A stretch of DNA of 64,000 nucleotides from Yuukianura sp. NJ FZ-2021 (lineage: Eukaryota): positions 11,346,001-11,410,000 of the forward strand of contig CM102290.1 in NCBI GenBank assembly GCA_046563655.1. Reading direction: 5' to 3'. Numbering within the stretch: the first letter of the stretch is position 1; every line of letters begins with the position of its first letter. Positions 27,011 through 45,450 of the stretch are shown here, in pieces. The translations under genes and the position numbers were made by a program. The notes below the pieces were generated by a model. It was given only the letters and a program-made list of their open reading frames with translations, was not told the DNA's origin and did not search any database.

Positions 27011-29351
27011 TTGAACAGGACTTGGCGAACAAGTTTGATGAAACTAAGCGATAACTGCGTTCATCTTCGACAGAACTTAATTTACAGACTCCAAAAAATA
27101 TTGAGAAGAAGCCAGAGGATGTAAGTTCATTTACATAATGGAAATATGGTAGCCAAAGTACAGATTCAGGGCGGTTATGTAGCCTGTAAATGGCACTGAT
27201 TGGGTCATGGGTGGTCAGTCCATCAGTCCAGGTCAGATTATGTCCGGAGTGACCTCAGGGCAAGGACCAGACCAGCATCTTATCCAACAAACCGTCCTAA
27301 ACTACTTTCTAGCGTTACTCAAAGTGTTCGTTTCACTTTTCAAAGTGTTTTGAATGGTGATACTTTTGAATTGAGAGTTTTTGTTATGTCTCGTTACAGG
27401 AAATTGCCAGTGGCGATTGGAAGAAGAGTCAAACGAATCTGTGAGGTTGTCTGACTCCTCATCTTGAACCTCCTACGCAAACTGAACTACGCTCATTCAT
27501 TGTGGAACTTTCATTCATAAAAGAAGATTCAGAAGATGGAAATGTTGGATTGACTCATTTGTAGTCTGATTGATGTGATCCCGGAGTAGAAGTGGTTGAA
27601 GTAAGGTATAAATCAAGGTCTCGTGCTCATCCGTCTTTTTTCTGTAACTCAAACAGATCCGTGTGTGCACTGCGCAGTAGCCGTTTTTGTAGATACTGCG
27701 CAGGAAACTGACGCTTCAAGGTTTACGTTAACAAAATTAATGTTGAATCATAATTGATTACTGTTCGAAAAATACTTCCCTAAAAAGTAAGTAAAACTTA
27801 AAAGTTGTCTTTTGTAATTGAATTGGATTATGACAAGGGAGAGACGAACGTCAGGTCAGTGTCAATCGTCATTAATCACTCGCTCAACCCCCGCGCACCT
27901 TCAAACTTAATTGTTTGCACAGAACATCGTCATGATTTTTTGCATTACTTTTTTTGCCACTTTATACAAAAGAAAGTCCAAAAGAATACAAAAGCAATAC
28001 CATAAAAAAAAAACTTGTTAATATAATTGAAGTTCAAGTTTAATATTCAAGAAACACGACTTTTACGTAACAGGCAAATATTTGTACCTTAAAAAACGGA
28101 AAACCAGTGAACTAATTTTTGGAAATACAAAAAAAAAAAGTTATTTTTGCCAAAATTTAGTTTTTGCAATACTTGCGACCCTGAAATTTTCTGTCTTTTT
28201 GTTATACTGTGTAGTTACGTTTTCAAAATAACAAGCGTGTCAAGCATTAGTTGTTGTTGCGGAGGTGTGAATTTTGGACAAAACTGAAACAATGTGCAAT
28301 TTTTTCAAGTTTCGCCAAAAACTGCTTCCGTGCAAAACCAAAACCAAAAGTAGGAAAACGTGTAGTACTAACTAGTTAAAAGATTCTAATCAGGTTTTCA
28401 TTAATTAAGCTTTTTTTTGAAGATTTTGAAGTTTTTTTTAAGTATTTCAAGTTTGATATTTTTCAAGTGCGAAGGCGCTGTGAAGTAGGATTATGAATTG
28501 CGTAACTGCTGTTTTAGGACCAAGTGAAACCAATTTGCAAGTGATATTGATATGATGAAACAGCAGCAAGTTAAGTACTCATGCACAAAGGGGTACTTGA
28601 AGGCCCTACGGTAGCATTCCTCCAGTGTTGTTGTCCAAGGAACCTGAAAAGTTTCGCTCCTTCCGAAGTGGCAGTACTTTTTCACCCAGTTTTGTACGGT
28701 ATGTGTTACTCTACATGTGCAACGCGGAATGTTTAAAATTCAACGTATATAGGGGGCCCTTCAAATTCTACTTTTTGTATAGGTTAACCTGGACCCTTGG
28801 CCCTTAGAGCCTGAGGACTTCGGACGGAAGATCTTGGTCAATTGACCCAGATCCGGTTGACACTGGATTGGCAAATTAAGCATTTCTGTTCATTTCCCTA
28901 GTGACGAGGGGGCCCTTTGCAAATTTTTGGCAAAATTGAATTTGCCTTTGGTCCAGGACGGTTTTTGGTGGCCATTTGGACTGGAGATTTGCAGTTAATT
29001 TTGTGGAGGGTGAAGGGAGAGGAGCCCTTGAAGGGATCCCTTTGTTTTGGAGAGTCATAAACGCTTTGGCCTTTTCAGTTCCACTTGTTCCTACCTGCTG
29101 CAGTACAGAGATCATCATCCCTTCATCCCCCAAGTCCAAAAAATCTTCATCTTCTACCACCAAACAAGCCTCATTCCGTCCAGCGAAGGGAAACGATCAA
29201 CAGGTTGTTTGGCTCCAACGCATTGTTAACTCTAGTGCTGTCTATTGTTTCAAAATTTCAAAATTTTTGATTTTAAAAAAATTGGACTCGTTTTTTTTAA
29301 ACTAAAAAACAGTTGAATCTGAGCAAGTTTTAAATTGAAAGTGACTTCGAC

Positions 29352-32646
<3,295 letters not shown>

Positions 32647-35600
32647 ATTCTACTGCGCAGGAAGTCCAAGAAGCCTGAAACTGTGAAACCGGTCACGTGT
32701 TATTTTAGAATTCAAAATTTGTATAAAAACGTAAAAATTCTTGTTCCTGGTTCTGTTTTTGTGTAGTGTTGTATCACAGTCATGTCTTATCCAATCAGAT
32801 CGTTATCAGTATCTACATCTTCGTATGGTACAACTTCGTGACCAAAGTTAGAAATTGTGTAAGGTGTTTTTCAGTTCCAAAAAATTCTGGTTCTTCTACT
32901 ACTTTTTTCAATTTTCAACTACAATGAAAAGGTTTTTTCAAATTCGAACGTTTTTATTCTAACTCAAATATTGTATTCCGTATTCGTTTTTTCTGTAATA
33001 TTCGTTAGTTTCTGTGTGACAATGACTAATAATTTTAAAGTCTTTAGAGACATTGTACTTTTGTGTTTTTGTAAATCATTGTGGTTAAAAAATCTTCCGT
33101 AGGACTATCACCCCACTCTGCCAAACCAAAGAAGAAAAAAAACAATAGAAATAAGTCCATTGTTTCTGAATTTGGTGTTTGTGGGTTGGCTAATGTTTGA
33201 GCAGGAACAGAAAAGAGCTCTCCAATCCAATGACTTTGGCAATAATAAATCCCTACTTTTATAATAAATCATGTCCATATTTTTACTTGGACAATTTGGA
33301 AAAGGCGCACTTTTTTCTAAGCCTCCCAGAAACCTTGTTCTTTTTGTCGATAATTCACACGCATTCGCCATCCACTTTTGTTGCTTTTACTTCCTCGTCT
33401 TTTGTCTGTAGGAAGAAGAACAATGGAATCGAATCAATCATGTTGAGTAAAAGCTGATTCGCAAGAAAAAAGAAGATGCGCAGCAAGATTTAACGTAGCA
33501 GACTACTGCGCAGAAATATTTAAAATAGAATATTTCTGCACAAGATTCGTTTAGACAGAAACATTCATTTCTACTCAGGAATACGCTTTTGCATTTTTTT
33601 TTCTCCAGAACATTTTTGTTCTCAAGAAGCTCATGAACAGAAAAATTTAACCAGAATTGACTTCGACAGCATTTTTGCGCAGGTTGTTTTTTTAAAATTG
33701 CTCAGAACAGTTTCGCTAAATAGGATTTTGTGAATTCATGTAAACATAAGGTGCAAGTGACTGATTTTGATTGTTTGTACGACGTAGAAAATGGTCACAT
33801 TCAATTTCAAGTGTGGGTGGGAGTAACTGGTATTAATTTTTTTCTTGTGAATAAGAATTACACTAATAAATCTACAGCAAAAGTGTGCCTTTACTTGGAA
33901 TCGAACAGACGTTTATGAATTGTTAATTCTTGAGTAATCCCTGTCACTTCTAAATATTTATTATCATTTCATATTATTCCCGCCTCCGCCCAGCCTTTTC
34001 TCTCAACAAAATGATCACAAGCCATCTCCCCATTAGCTCCTCCTTGACGCGTGTGGGAATTTCTGCTTTAAAAAAAAAGAGACAAACTTCAGGTTTTGCA
34101 AAATACAGGATTTTTTCTTTGTTTTTTATTCAAATGTCTTTCAGTAGTTTTGTAAACATAGGAAAAACACCCAAGTATTCATCAGGTTTACAAATTTCGC
34201 GTGCATTAGCATCCAAAAAATTTTCAAAATTTTGAACGTAAAAAAGAAATCTAGATTTTTCGCTTCAACATCGTTACGAAGGCATGTAGCCTTAAAAGAG
34301 TAAAATTTTCAACAGTTTTTGATACCAAAACAAAAATTTCTCCACAAAAACCAAAATTTTCAAAAAGCTTTAGTTTTATAATTTGATATAGTTTTATAAT
34401 TTGATGCTTAAAAAAAGTTTCGCATCTAGATCTTGATTTTATAAAAACTAAAAAAGTATTTCTTAATTTCAAAAATGAAAAATCCAATTTTATTTCAAAG
34501 AGTTTCACTATTCAACATCAGATTTCAAATTCGAATCAAAACTGAGAATTGAAAAATCTTCGCTTGAAATCAGTTAGCATGAAACCTTTCGTAAACAATT
34601 GCCAACTTTGGATTTTCAATTTCGATTTATGGCAGTTGAAAATTGAAATTTTGAAATGGATCTAATTTAAATCCATTGAGTCACTTCGTTATTGATTTTT
34701 TGTTTGAATAATTTAGTGTGACTATTTGGTAGTCTCCTGTCCGCCTCCACACTTTCTAATAACGGAAACAATGGATTTTGAAGAAGACAATAAGGTGTGG
34801 TTAACTTTTGTTAGAAGATGAGGCTTATCGTGAGTATGACCCCTTGGAGGGCGGGGCCAAGGGATTAATTGGGTGACTTAAGGGCTCTCTCCACTTGAAT
34901 AAGTGATAATGAACTTGTTTGAAGGACTGACAGACAATTAGGATAGGGAATAGGGACAATGGTCCATAAAGTCTCGGCTCATTATGTCAAGGCACCCCGA
35001 CTCCTCTGGTATCTCCCTTGTGCTTTATGACTTCCCAGTCTGCTCGAGGACCCTTAAGGGCCTCTTGGACATGATCTCTGGGAAGGGGACTGCAGACGTC
35101 CACATTCTCCTGGGATCCTTAACCACGAAGGAACATAAATTAGCAAGAGACAAAAGAATCTCAAAAACAACCTTGTTACCTCTCGCCTCAACACTAAAAA
35201 ACTGAAAAAGTTTTTAAAAAAGAACAACCAAAAACAACATTGGAAACTAACAGAGTCACCAATGTCACAAATGTCACCACTTCAAAATGGTCGTGTCACT
35301 ACGACCTCAATGTCAACCTTAAAAAGGCGCCAAATTCAAACCTTGTTCAAAACTCAAATTAAAAAAAAAACACAAATTTTTTAAATGTTTGTCGCTTAAA
35401 AATACTTTGCCTTATAAATTTTGTCAAAGAGAGAAATTTCGTACCTCTCTCAAAATTTTTGGATTTTCAGATGCTTTTCCATTCTCTCTTGCTACGTACA
35501 GTCCTGTGTTACGTTTTTTATGTCCGTACGTCCGTTCAAATGTTGTATATCGTATGTTGTGTACGTTCGTCCGACCATACGTTGTCCCAATGTCCGTCCA

Positions 35601-38600
35601 TAACATTATGTCCGAGTGTCCATTATGTCGTTATGTCACAGTATATACAATCAAAATTTGTTTCAACAAGTTCATTCCAAGTCATTGGCCTCTTCAATTC
35701 AAAGTCTTCGACGCGCGCCAAACCAAAAATGTTTTTGAATTTGCCACGCTTTTCAAACTCCGAACCGATTTAAATGGCGTAGGTGTTTTGCAAAAGTGTT
35801 TCTAAGTTCTATTTGAACAGAACAAAAAGAGCTTCCTGATCTGTTGGAGAGATTGAGTGTTTGGACAGGGGGGAAGTGGGACAAAGGGTCCTTTGTGTCC
35901 ATCTCTGTTTATGAAAGGCCCTTGACTATGTTAAGTTAGGTGGTTTAAGATGGTAATCTGTTGGTTCTAATGAAAGGGACAATGGGTCAATGTGATGCCC
36001 ATGTATGTCTTTCTTTTGGAATTAAGGGACAATGGGCCCTTGAGGTTTTGGAAGTGTCTTGTGAGGTAATAAGGGCTCACCTTCTTCGTCCCTTAAACAC
36101 AATATTAACTCTCATCAACACGTTTCATCTCTCTCTCTCCCCTTCAATGGAAATCCAATCAAAGTGACCTGCGACCACACAGGGACTTTGTGGTGATGTT
36201 TTTAGAGGGGTGGGGGGATAAAAAGTTGGGGGGCGGGGAGATGTGAAGAGATTCAATTTTGGATTAGAAAGTGACAGGAAGGTTGGCCTTGTTGAAGGCT
36301 TTTGACAAACGTATCACGACAATTGGATCAGTTTTTGCCAAAAAAGAATCTTTTTTGATCATGTGACAGGAATTTGGTTTTGAACTTTTTGCTGTTGATG
36401 TAGCTTCTTAGGAATGAATTATTTTAACTGGCTGTTTAAGCTCAAGAAAATTTGTATTGAAATTTGATCGAATGGCTGCTGAGGAAATTGATTCTGAATT
36501 AACGTTTGGTAACAATTAGCGATTTTGTCAATTTTGTGCAAGTAAAAGACGCAGAATCAAAAACCTGGTTTGGCTTTTTCGTTTTTCGAATATAGTTTTT
36601 GAAATAGTGGGTCGTTGGTGGAATTGATGTTGAACTTTTTGGAGTTGAGCTTTATGTTGAGTTGCAAAGATGAAGAAATTGTAAATTCTGTTTGAGTGAG
36701 TTGCAGAATGAAAAACTGGGTTGTTTTGGGCAGTAATGAAATTGGATCTGAACTAATGAATGATTTAGAGTCCGCAAGATTGTCCAAATTACAAGTTGAC
36801 CATAAATGGCTTCACTTCCCTCCAGCACCGTCCAATATAACTTACGACGTTAACCGCACTTAAGTTACAACCATTTACCAAGAGGGAGAATTTCAAATTC
36901 AAAAGTGTGCGCCAATTTTCCATTTTGAGTTAGCGCCAAAATGGAAGCCAAGAGAATACTTAATGTTGAGAAAAAGGAAAAAATCGAAAAACTTTTGTTC
37001 TACAGCGCCGTTTAATTTGAGCCATTTGAGTAAAAGAATTTTTAGATTTAAAAAATTTAAATTTTGAAAATTCTGATATTGAACTTTGATGATGTTTGTT
37101 CAAAATCTTTGGTTCAATGTTCAATGTTGTAGGAGTCATGATTCAGCGGGTGCTTGTCACTTTCATGGAGTGACGAAAACGAGTCGTGACACGACTCAGC
37201 TACTTGTTTGTTGTTTGTTGACAGCCAAGTTGACATGGACACCCCTTTGTTTCGGATGTCAAAGGAGCCTTAAGGGCTCCGGAAGGGCCCTCCGATTTCA
37301 ATCAATTTGAAAAAGTTTGACTATTTTGAAATTATGTTCAACAAACTGTTTCTTAAAATTAAGAAATTAGAATATCAGAAAACAAAGATTTGGTAAGCGA
37401 TTAAACACAGAGTTCTTGGATCCATTTAAGGCCATGTCCCCTTTGACTTGACGTTTTACTTTTTCGTGTCAAAGTCAACAAAACCGGGGAACGGGAATAG
37501 TTATACCCAAGTCCAGTTTGGTCATGGATGTGCCTTAAGCGTTTTTAAAAAATTAATTCTAAGGAACCGTAAAATTTTGAAAAAAAAAAGTTTGTGCAAC
37601 TACGCAACTAAAAACGGTGCAACTGAGCAACTGTATGCGTTTCCGTCGTTTTCAAAGAAAAAACATAGTTCTATTCATAACTTAAACATCCGATTTAAGT
37701 CAGCATGTCCCACCTTGTACTCACGGAAGGGAGTCTAAAAGTGACGGGAAGTCTCAACTGTGCGCAATTTTTGGGAAAAAAAGTGAACGGTCTTTGACCT
37801 TTTCGCAAAAATTTGCTCACGATTTGCAAATTTTGGAAAACTAACTTCCCGCAAATTTTTGAAAAAATATATTAAATGATTTTTGACATTACGACACCCT
37901 TTTCACATCAAATTAGGGGAAAACTCGGTTCACCAAAAATCTTTCTAAATGTTTTAGTTGAAATTTTAAAAAAATGACATTTTGAAATTATAGAAACTCA
38001 AAATTTTCAAAATTTTGAAACAACGTTGTTGAATTTTTTCTCTTTGGGTAAGTTTGTGGTGGACTACGCCGTATGAATTCTGATTGATTTTAGATTTGCA
38101 ATTTTAATTAAAAATTGATCAAGGAAAATTGGAATCCTTGAGAGATGTGGATCAACAAAATTTGAAAATTCCCTTGCGTGGGACGAATTCCGCGTGTCGA
38201 AAAGTGATTTTGATTAGTTTCAAAAAAAAGTTACAACAATGGAGTGGAGGAGGGTATTGTGGAATTGTTTCAATTTGTAATTCAGAAGCTACGAACTGTG
38301 TCTAGTGAGGGTGGTTGATGGAAGTAATTATTGGGCTTGAAGTTTTTAAAGTTTTCAAGTGCGGAGGTGGAAATGAAGTTTTAGACTTGAAATACAACGC
38401 GCATCACTTGAAACCGACGATAGTGCTAGACTTGAAAGATTTGGGAAGTTCCAATCTGCATAGAATGGCCCACCATAGAGTATGCTTGTGGTGGCAGATT
38501 CAAATTCTGTGCCATTTCCTTTTGTCCAACACTCTATGACTTCCCTGATGAGGGAATTGATGAGTTTCCTGCCATTCTTTGCAGAGTCAAACACCATGTC

Positions 38601-38743
38601 CATGTCCATTTCATCTTCATACAACATCCGCTCCTGATTCTCAATCCTGTCACACTGTCTTCAACACTTCCGACACTCCAGTCACTCTCAACCAATCACA
38701 TTTTGACCTCAAAGGTTACATGAGTTGACCCCACAAAAACCCT

Positions 38744-38756
38744 GGGTCATTGACCT
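38744..38756. promoter_or_regulatory. IR1 nuclear-receptor palindrome (EcRE consensus) GGGTCAtTGACCT
   Basis: Exact match to RGGTCAnTGACCY. Confidence 0.55.
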
Positions 38757-39903
38757 CAAACGGCTGTCGGAGAGGCATATATTCAGAAAGTCAGCCCTTT
38801 AAGTCAAAAGTTTTCATTTAGTTACAATTTTTGCAAAAGCCCGCTCGTGTTGACCTAAAGGTCAAAGGTCGTAAATTAAATAAGACCAAGACGATTACTT
38901 AAGCTAACCTCATGTAAGAAAAAAATCAGGCAATTTCAGGAAATTTACCGTTCCCCAAAACAAAAAGTCAATACAAACTGAATAAATTGTTTAGGATTCA
39001 GGATTTGATAATCTTGAAATCCTGAAATGGTTCAAACGAGAGTATGTTAAGCATCGAAGGATTTAGTGTGGCGGGATAATTTCAAAATCGCCCGCCCTTG
39101 TGCCAAGATGACATTCCAGCAGGAGTCCAAAATAAGACTATTTTGTGGAAGGAATGATGTAGCTACATTTTGATCTTGTTTTTGAAACTAAGTCAGTTCC
39201 ATTGTCTTCAACTTAAATTGAGACTTTGGTTGAAGCAGCGATTACGAACCGATTGTTACCAGAAGATCAAGCGTCCAAAGAACATTTTCCAAGATTTAAA
39301 CTAGAGATTGGGCAACTAACTACCGAAAAAGTCCTTTGATCGTCACAAGTCCAGAAGCGCTGAGTCGAGTTAAGACGAACCCAAGGGAGCCCATTGTCTC
39401 TCGTCTAATCCAGATCAGATCCCATGTCGCTCCACAACTTTTGAATCCTCCCTTTAGACTTCAGTTGAGGGTACTTAAGTACCTCTCTGAAAATATTTTG
39501 ACCTTTTGATTTTTTTGAAGTCCTCCTGAGAATCAAAAAACGAAGGAGTCGTGTTGAGTAGAGGAAATTGATTGGGATGACTAATGGTTCTGTGGATGGA
39601 AAAAGACTATGTTTGGCCTTGGCTACACTACTGCTCAGACGCAGTTCTTTCAAATCCCGACCCATCATCAATCCACTCCGCCTGTCAAATTCAAATCATA
39701 TCAATTTCAATTCAACTCCAATTTTTAAATTTTCCCTCGCTCTAGTACATGCATTACATAAGGGCTCTCCATACCTATGGAGTTGAAGAATATCAAGGTA
39801 CAAAAACATTTCTCGCTGCTTCACCACCATGGAGTCATCCATCTTACACGGCTTTTAGCTAACAGTTGAACAGTTCAAACAACACGAGAGCATTTGTGTC
39901 ACG

Positions 39904-39920
39904 AAAGGTCAATGACCTTT
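39904..39920. promoter_or_regulatory. Perfect IR1 palindrome (EcRE consensus) AAAGGTCAaTGACCTTT
   Basis: AGGTCA 39906-39911, 1-nt spacer, TGACCT 39913-39918. Confidence 0.6.
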
Positions 39921-41222
39921 GTATGGAATTCCCAGGAAAGGTACTTGAAGATGCGCAATAGCGCAATGGTCAATAGAAGTCTGCGCAGATCGAGAATCTA
40001 AACCAATCCAATCAAGCCAAAACCTTGATTTCCGTAGCGCTGAAAGATTCAAGCATTTAACTCACATGTTTTTGCATAAATTTCAACTTTTTGGAAGAAA
40101 ATTTTTATTTTTGCTTAATTCTTTTGCCCTCCTGCTGGAGTAAAAACTCATTCCACATAATCCATACTTACAGTATGGTAATTTTCGAAAATTTTGCATC
40201 AGTTCCCAAAACGTATACCGAAAAACTCTAAATTTGAAATTTGGAAGCGTTAGTTCTGAAAAAATTTCATGAAAAACTGAAATATTTTTCGCTTCATTTT
40301 TGTTTTTTTTTGTTAAAGTTTAAATGAATTCAAAGTTTAAAACGTTTGTTCAGAACTTAAAGTCCAAAAGCCGAAAGGTGAAGAATGCACAGTCGTCTAA
40401 AATTCTAGCTGTGCGCTGGTGACCAATAAATCCTGGCTCTCTCCAAAGTTCAAAACACAAAGACAATTAGAATGAGAATGGGGTCATGACCTCCGTCGGC
40501 GGAACTTTTTGGCCCTAAGTGGGATCGCGGGGGTTCGTAGCAAATGATTTGTTTTAACAAAGTGCTTTATGGTGTGGTGCTCATTTGGTCAAATCAAAAA
40601 CAAATTCAAGAAAAAACAGCAACACTGTCGCCTCTTTTGGCTCCGCGGCAAAACCCTCTTCAACTTTGAATATTTAATACGCTGGAAAATGAGCGAACAA
40701 ACAGGCGGGATAATTTAATTCTCCTAATGACCAGTTTTTCTTCTATTTGCTTTCCCTTCTATAGGAAATGACAAAAGTCCAGCCACATTATTTGTCCCGC
40801 TTCGCTCCAGTGCTACTTTCTAAAAAAACATTTCTAAAAAACCAATTCTGAACACAACAAAAAATATCTATTGTTTTCTACCCTCGCTCGTCGTTTTTCT
40901 AATAAAAAGGAAAGTAAATGACAATTTTGATAGACAAGACATTTTGAAAACACGCAACATTCAACTTAGGTTCTTCCTCAACTACTTAACAACTTTTCAA
41001 TTTCGGCTAAAACCTAATCTAAAGTTACGTCAAAGCTAACAATCCCTGATGCGCTAATCAACCAATCGCTGCTCACCTTTTGACGTGACAACCAATGGCA
41101 CTTCGAAATGACTTGCGAATTATAATTGCAAAACTTCGATCTAAAATCAGGCAGAATCAAAAGATGATTGACCATTGACTTATTTCACGGTTTTGAATTT
41201 GACCCATGATCGTACAGCGCTA

Positions 41223-41239
41223 AAAGGTCATTGACCTTT
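41223..41239. promoter_or_regulatory. Perfect IR1 palindrome (EcRE consensus) AAAGGTCAtTGACCTTT
   Basis: AGGTCA 41225-41230, 1-nt spacer, TGACCT 41232-41237, ~850 bp upstream of the KLF-B first coding exon. Confidence 0.6.
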
Positions 41240-42080
41240 GGCACATTTCTCGGCAAATTCACTTTTTGGTGGTAGAGGGTTATATGCAGGACTGCCAAAA
41301 ATAGTTATTTAAAATCAGCGAAATATTAAAAAAAAAATACAATATTTACTGAAAAAGCTTGACATATGGGAAAATAAATAAATATTTAGCAATGAAAAGA
41401 CCTGCAATATTGATTTGGTTCACATTGCAGGCATGGGAACTAAATATTTCTGGCACGTCTGGTAATGTGTCACCCGAATTTAACTTGAATCTCGGAAGCT
41501 TTCCGTTCTTACTTTAAATTTGAGCCAGTTGAGGAGTAGATTAGATGATTTTGTGTTGCTATGCGGATTAGGCTAAACCTTGACCTGATTGACCCGGGAG
41601 AGGTCAAGTTTGAAAGGTCACAGCGACTGACCTAGCCTATGCTAGATGTTATGTTTGGGAGGCCAGAGACGGAAGGGTGCGTGCCGTTCTCACCTGTTGC
41701 CTTCTCCACCCCTCTTGTGCACCTCCTCTGTTTTAGCTTTTCCATTGTAAAGAACTTTGGGTTTGTCAAGAGACAACTTGTTTCAGTTCTATTTCGAAAT
41801 TTGCATAGACAGGATCACCCACTTCCACATCACAATTTTTTTTAATTGAAATATTTTGAAACGTTTTTGCGAATTTTTCGAAATTGGATTGTTATTTGGG
41901 AAGTTCTCATCCCCCTGTGAGTTAGAAGAATGAGAAAGTTGAGGGTAATGGTGAAAGTTTCGTTAAAGTGAAAGTTTCACTCACTTCAAAAGTGACGTGA
42001 CGTTTGGCAATTAGTGTGCGTGACCTGTCCAGACTTCTGCAGTGTGCGTGACCTTGCGTGACCTGTGACCTGTGATGTCA

Positions 42081-44925
<2,845 letters not shown>

Positions 44926-45380
44926 AACTCGGATACGTCGGATAATACAGAAGCGTTTCTCGGAAACGTCCAAAAAGTGAAGTGTTTCGAATATTTCAAA
45001 AGTTTTCAGAACTAAAGTCAGAAAGCGCGTTTGCGAGATTCGTCAACTTCGGAGGATGCAGCGTTGTCGGAGGATTTCGGCGTTTCCGAGGTTTCGTTAA
45101 CCAAGTTTGGAGCAGAAGGAGTGTGCCGTTGACGTTTGTCGGACATGTTGTTGGTTAATCTGACGTATTAAGTGATTTTGTACTACGAAATAATTACAAG
45201 TAGAGATTAAAGCGTAACTTAATTTGGAGACAAACTGTTGAGACTCGTGTTTTGTAGCAGGTCTTTGGGGTAGACAGGCCTAATGCAACGAAGTTGTTTT
45301 TTGGCAGAGTGGGCGAAGTGGGATTGGATTCGTGAATTTGGACTTGTCGCCCACACAGCCTAGTGTTGGTCCGTGAGTCT

Positions 45381-45450
45381 GTCGGAGGTGGGGCAGTGGT
45401 CGTCGTTAGTTGTGCGAGAGACGAGGGACATGGTTCGAATCCCAGTCGAC
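45381..45450 (+). mobile_element. tRNA-derived SINE head or tRNA pseudogene
   Basis: A-box-like TGGGGCAGTGG (45389-45399), B-box GGTTCGAATCCC (45432-45443), GTCG...CGAC ends. No convincing anticodon arm. Confidence 0.5.

Noticed and set aside
35490..35645. GTCC/CGT-rich low-complexity stretch with overlapping ORFs
   Set aside because: Degenerate simple repeat; the ORFs lack coding features.
36300..38690. Minus-strand ORF fragments (36557-36787, 38355-38627) with an LRR-like FPNLSSL
   Set aside because: No coherent exon chain or recognisable domain; possibly a pseudogene but not supportable without a search.
45381..45450. Functional tRNA gene
   Set aside because: Acceptor and anticodon stems do not pair properly and no Pol III terminator follows; kept as SINE-like.
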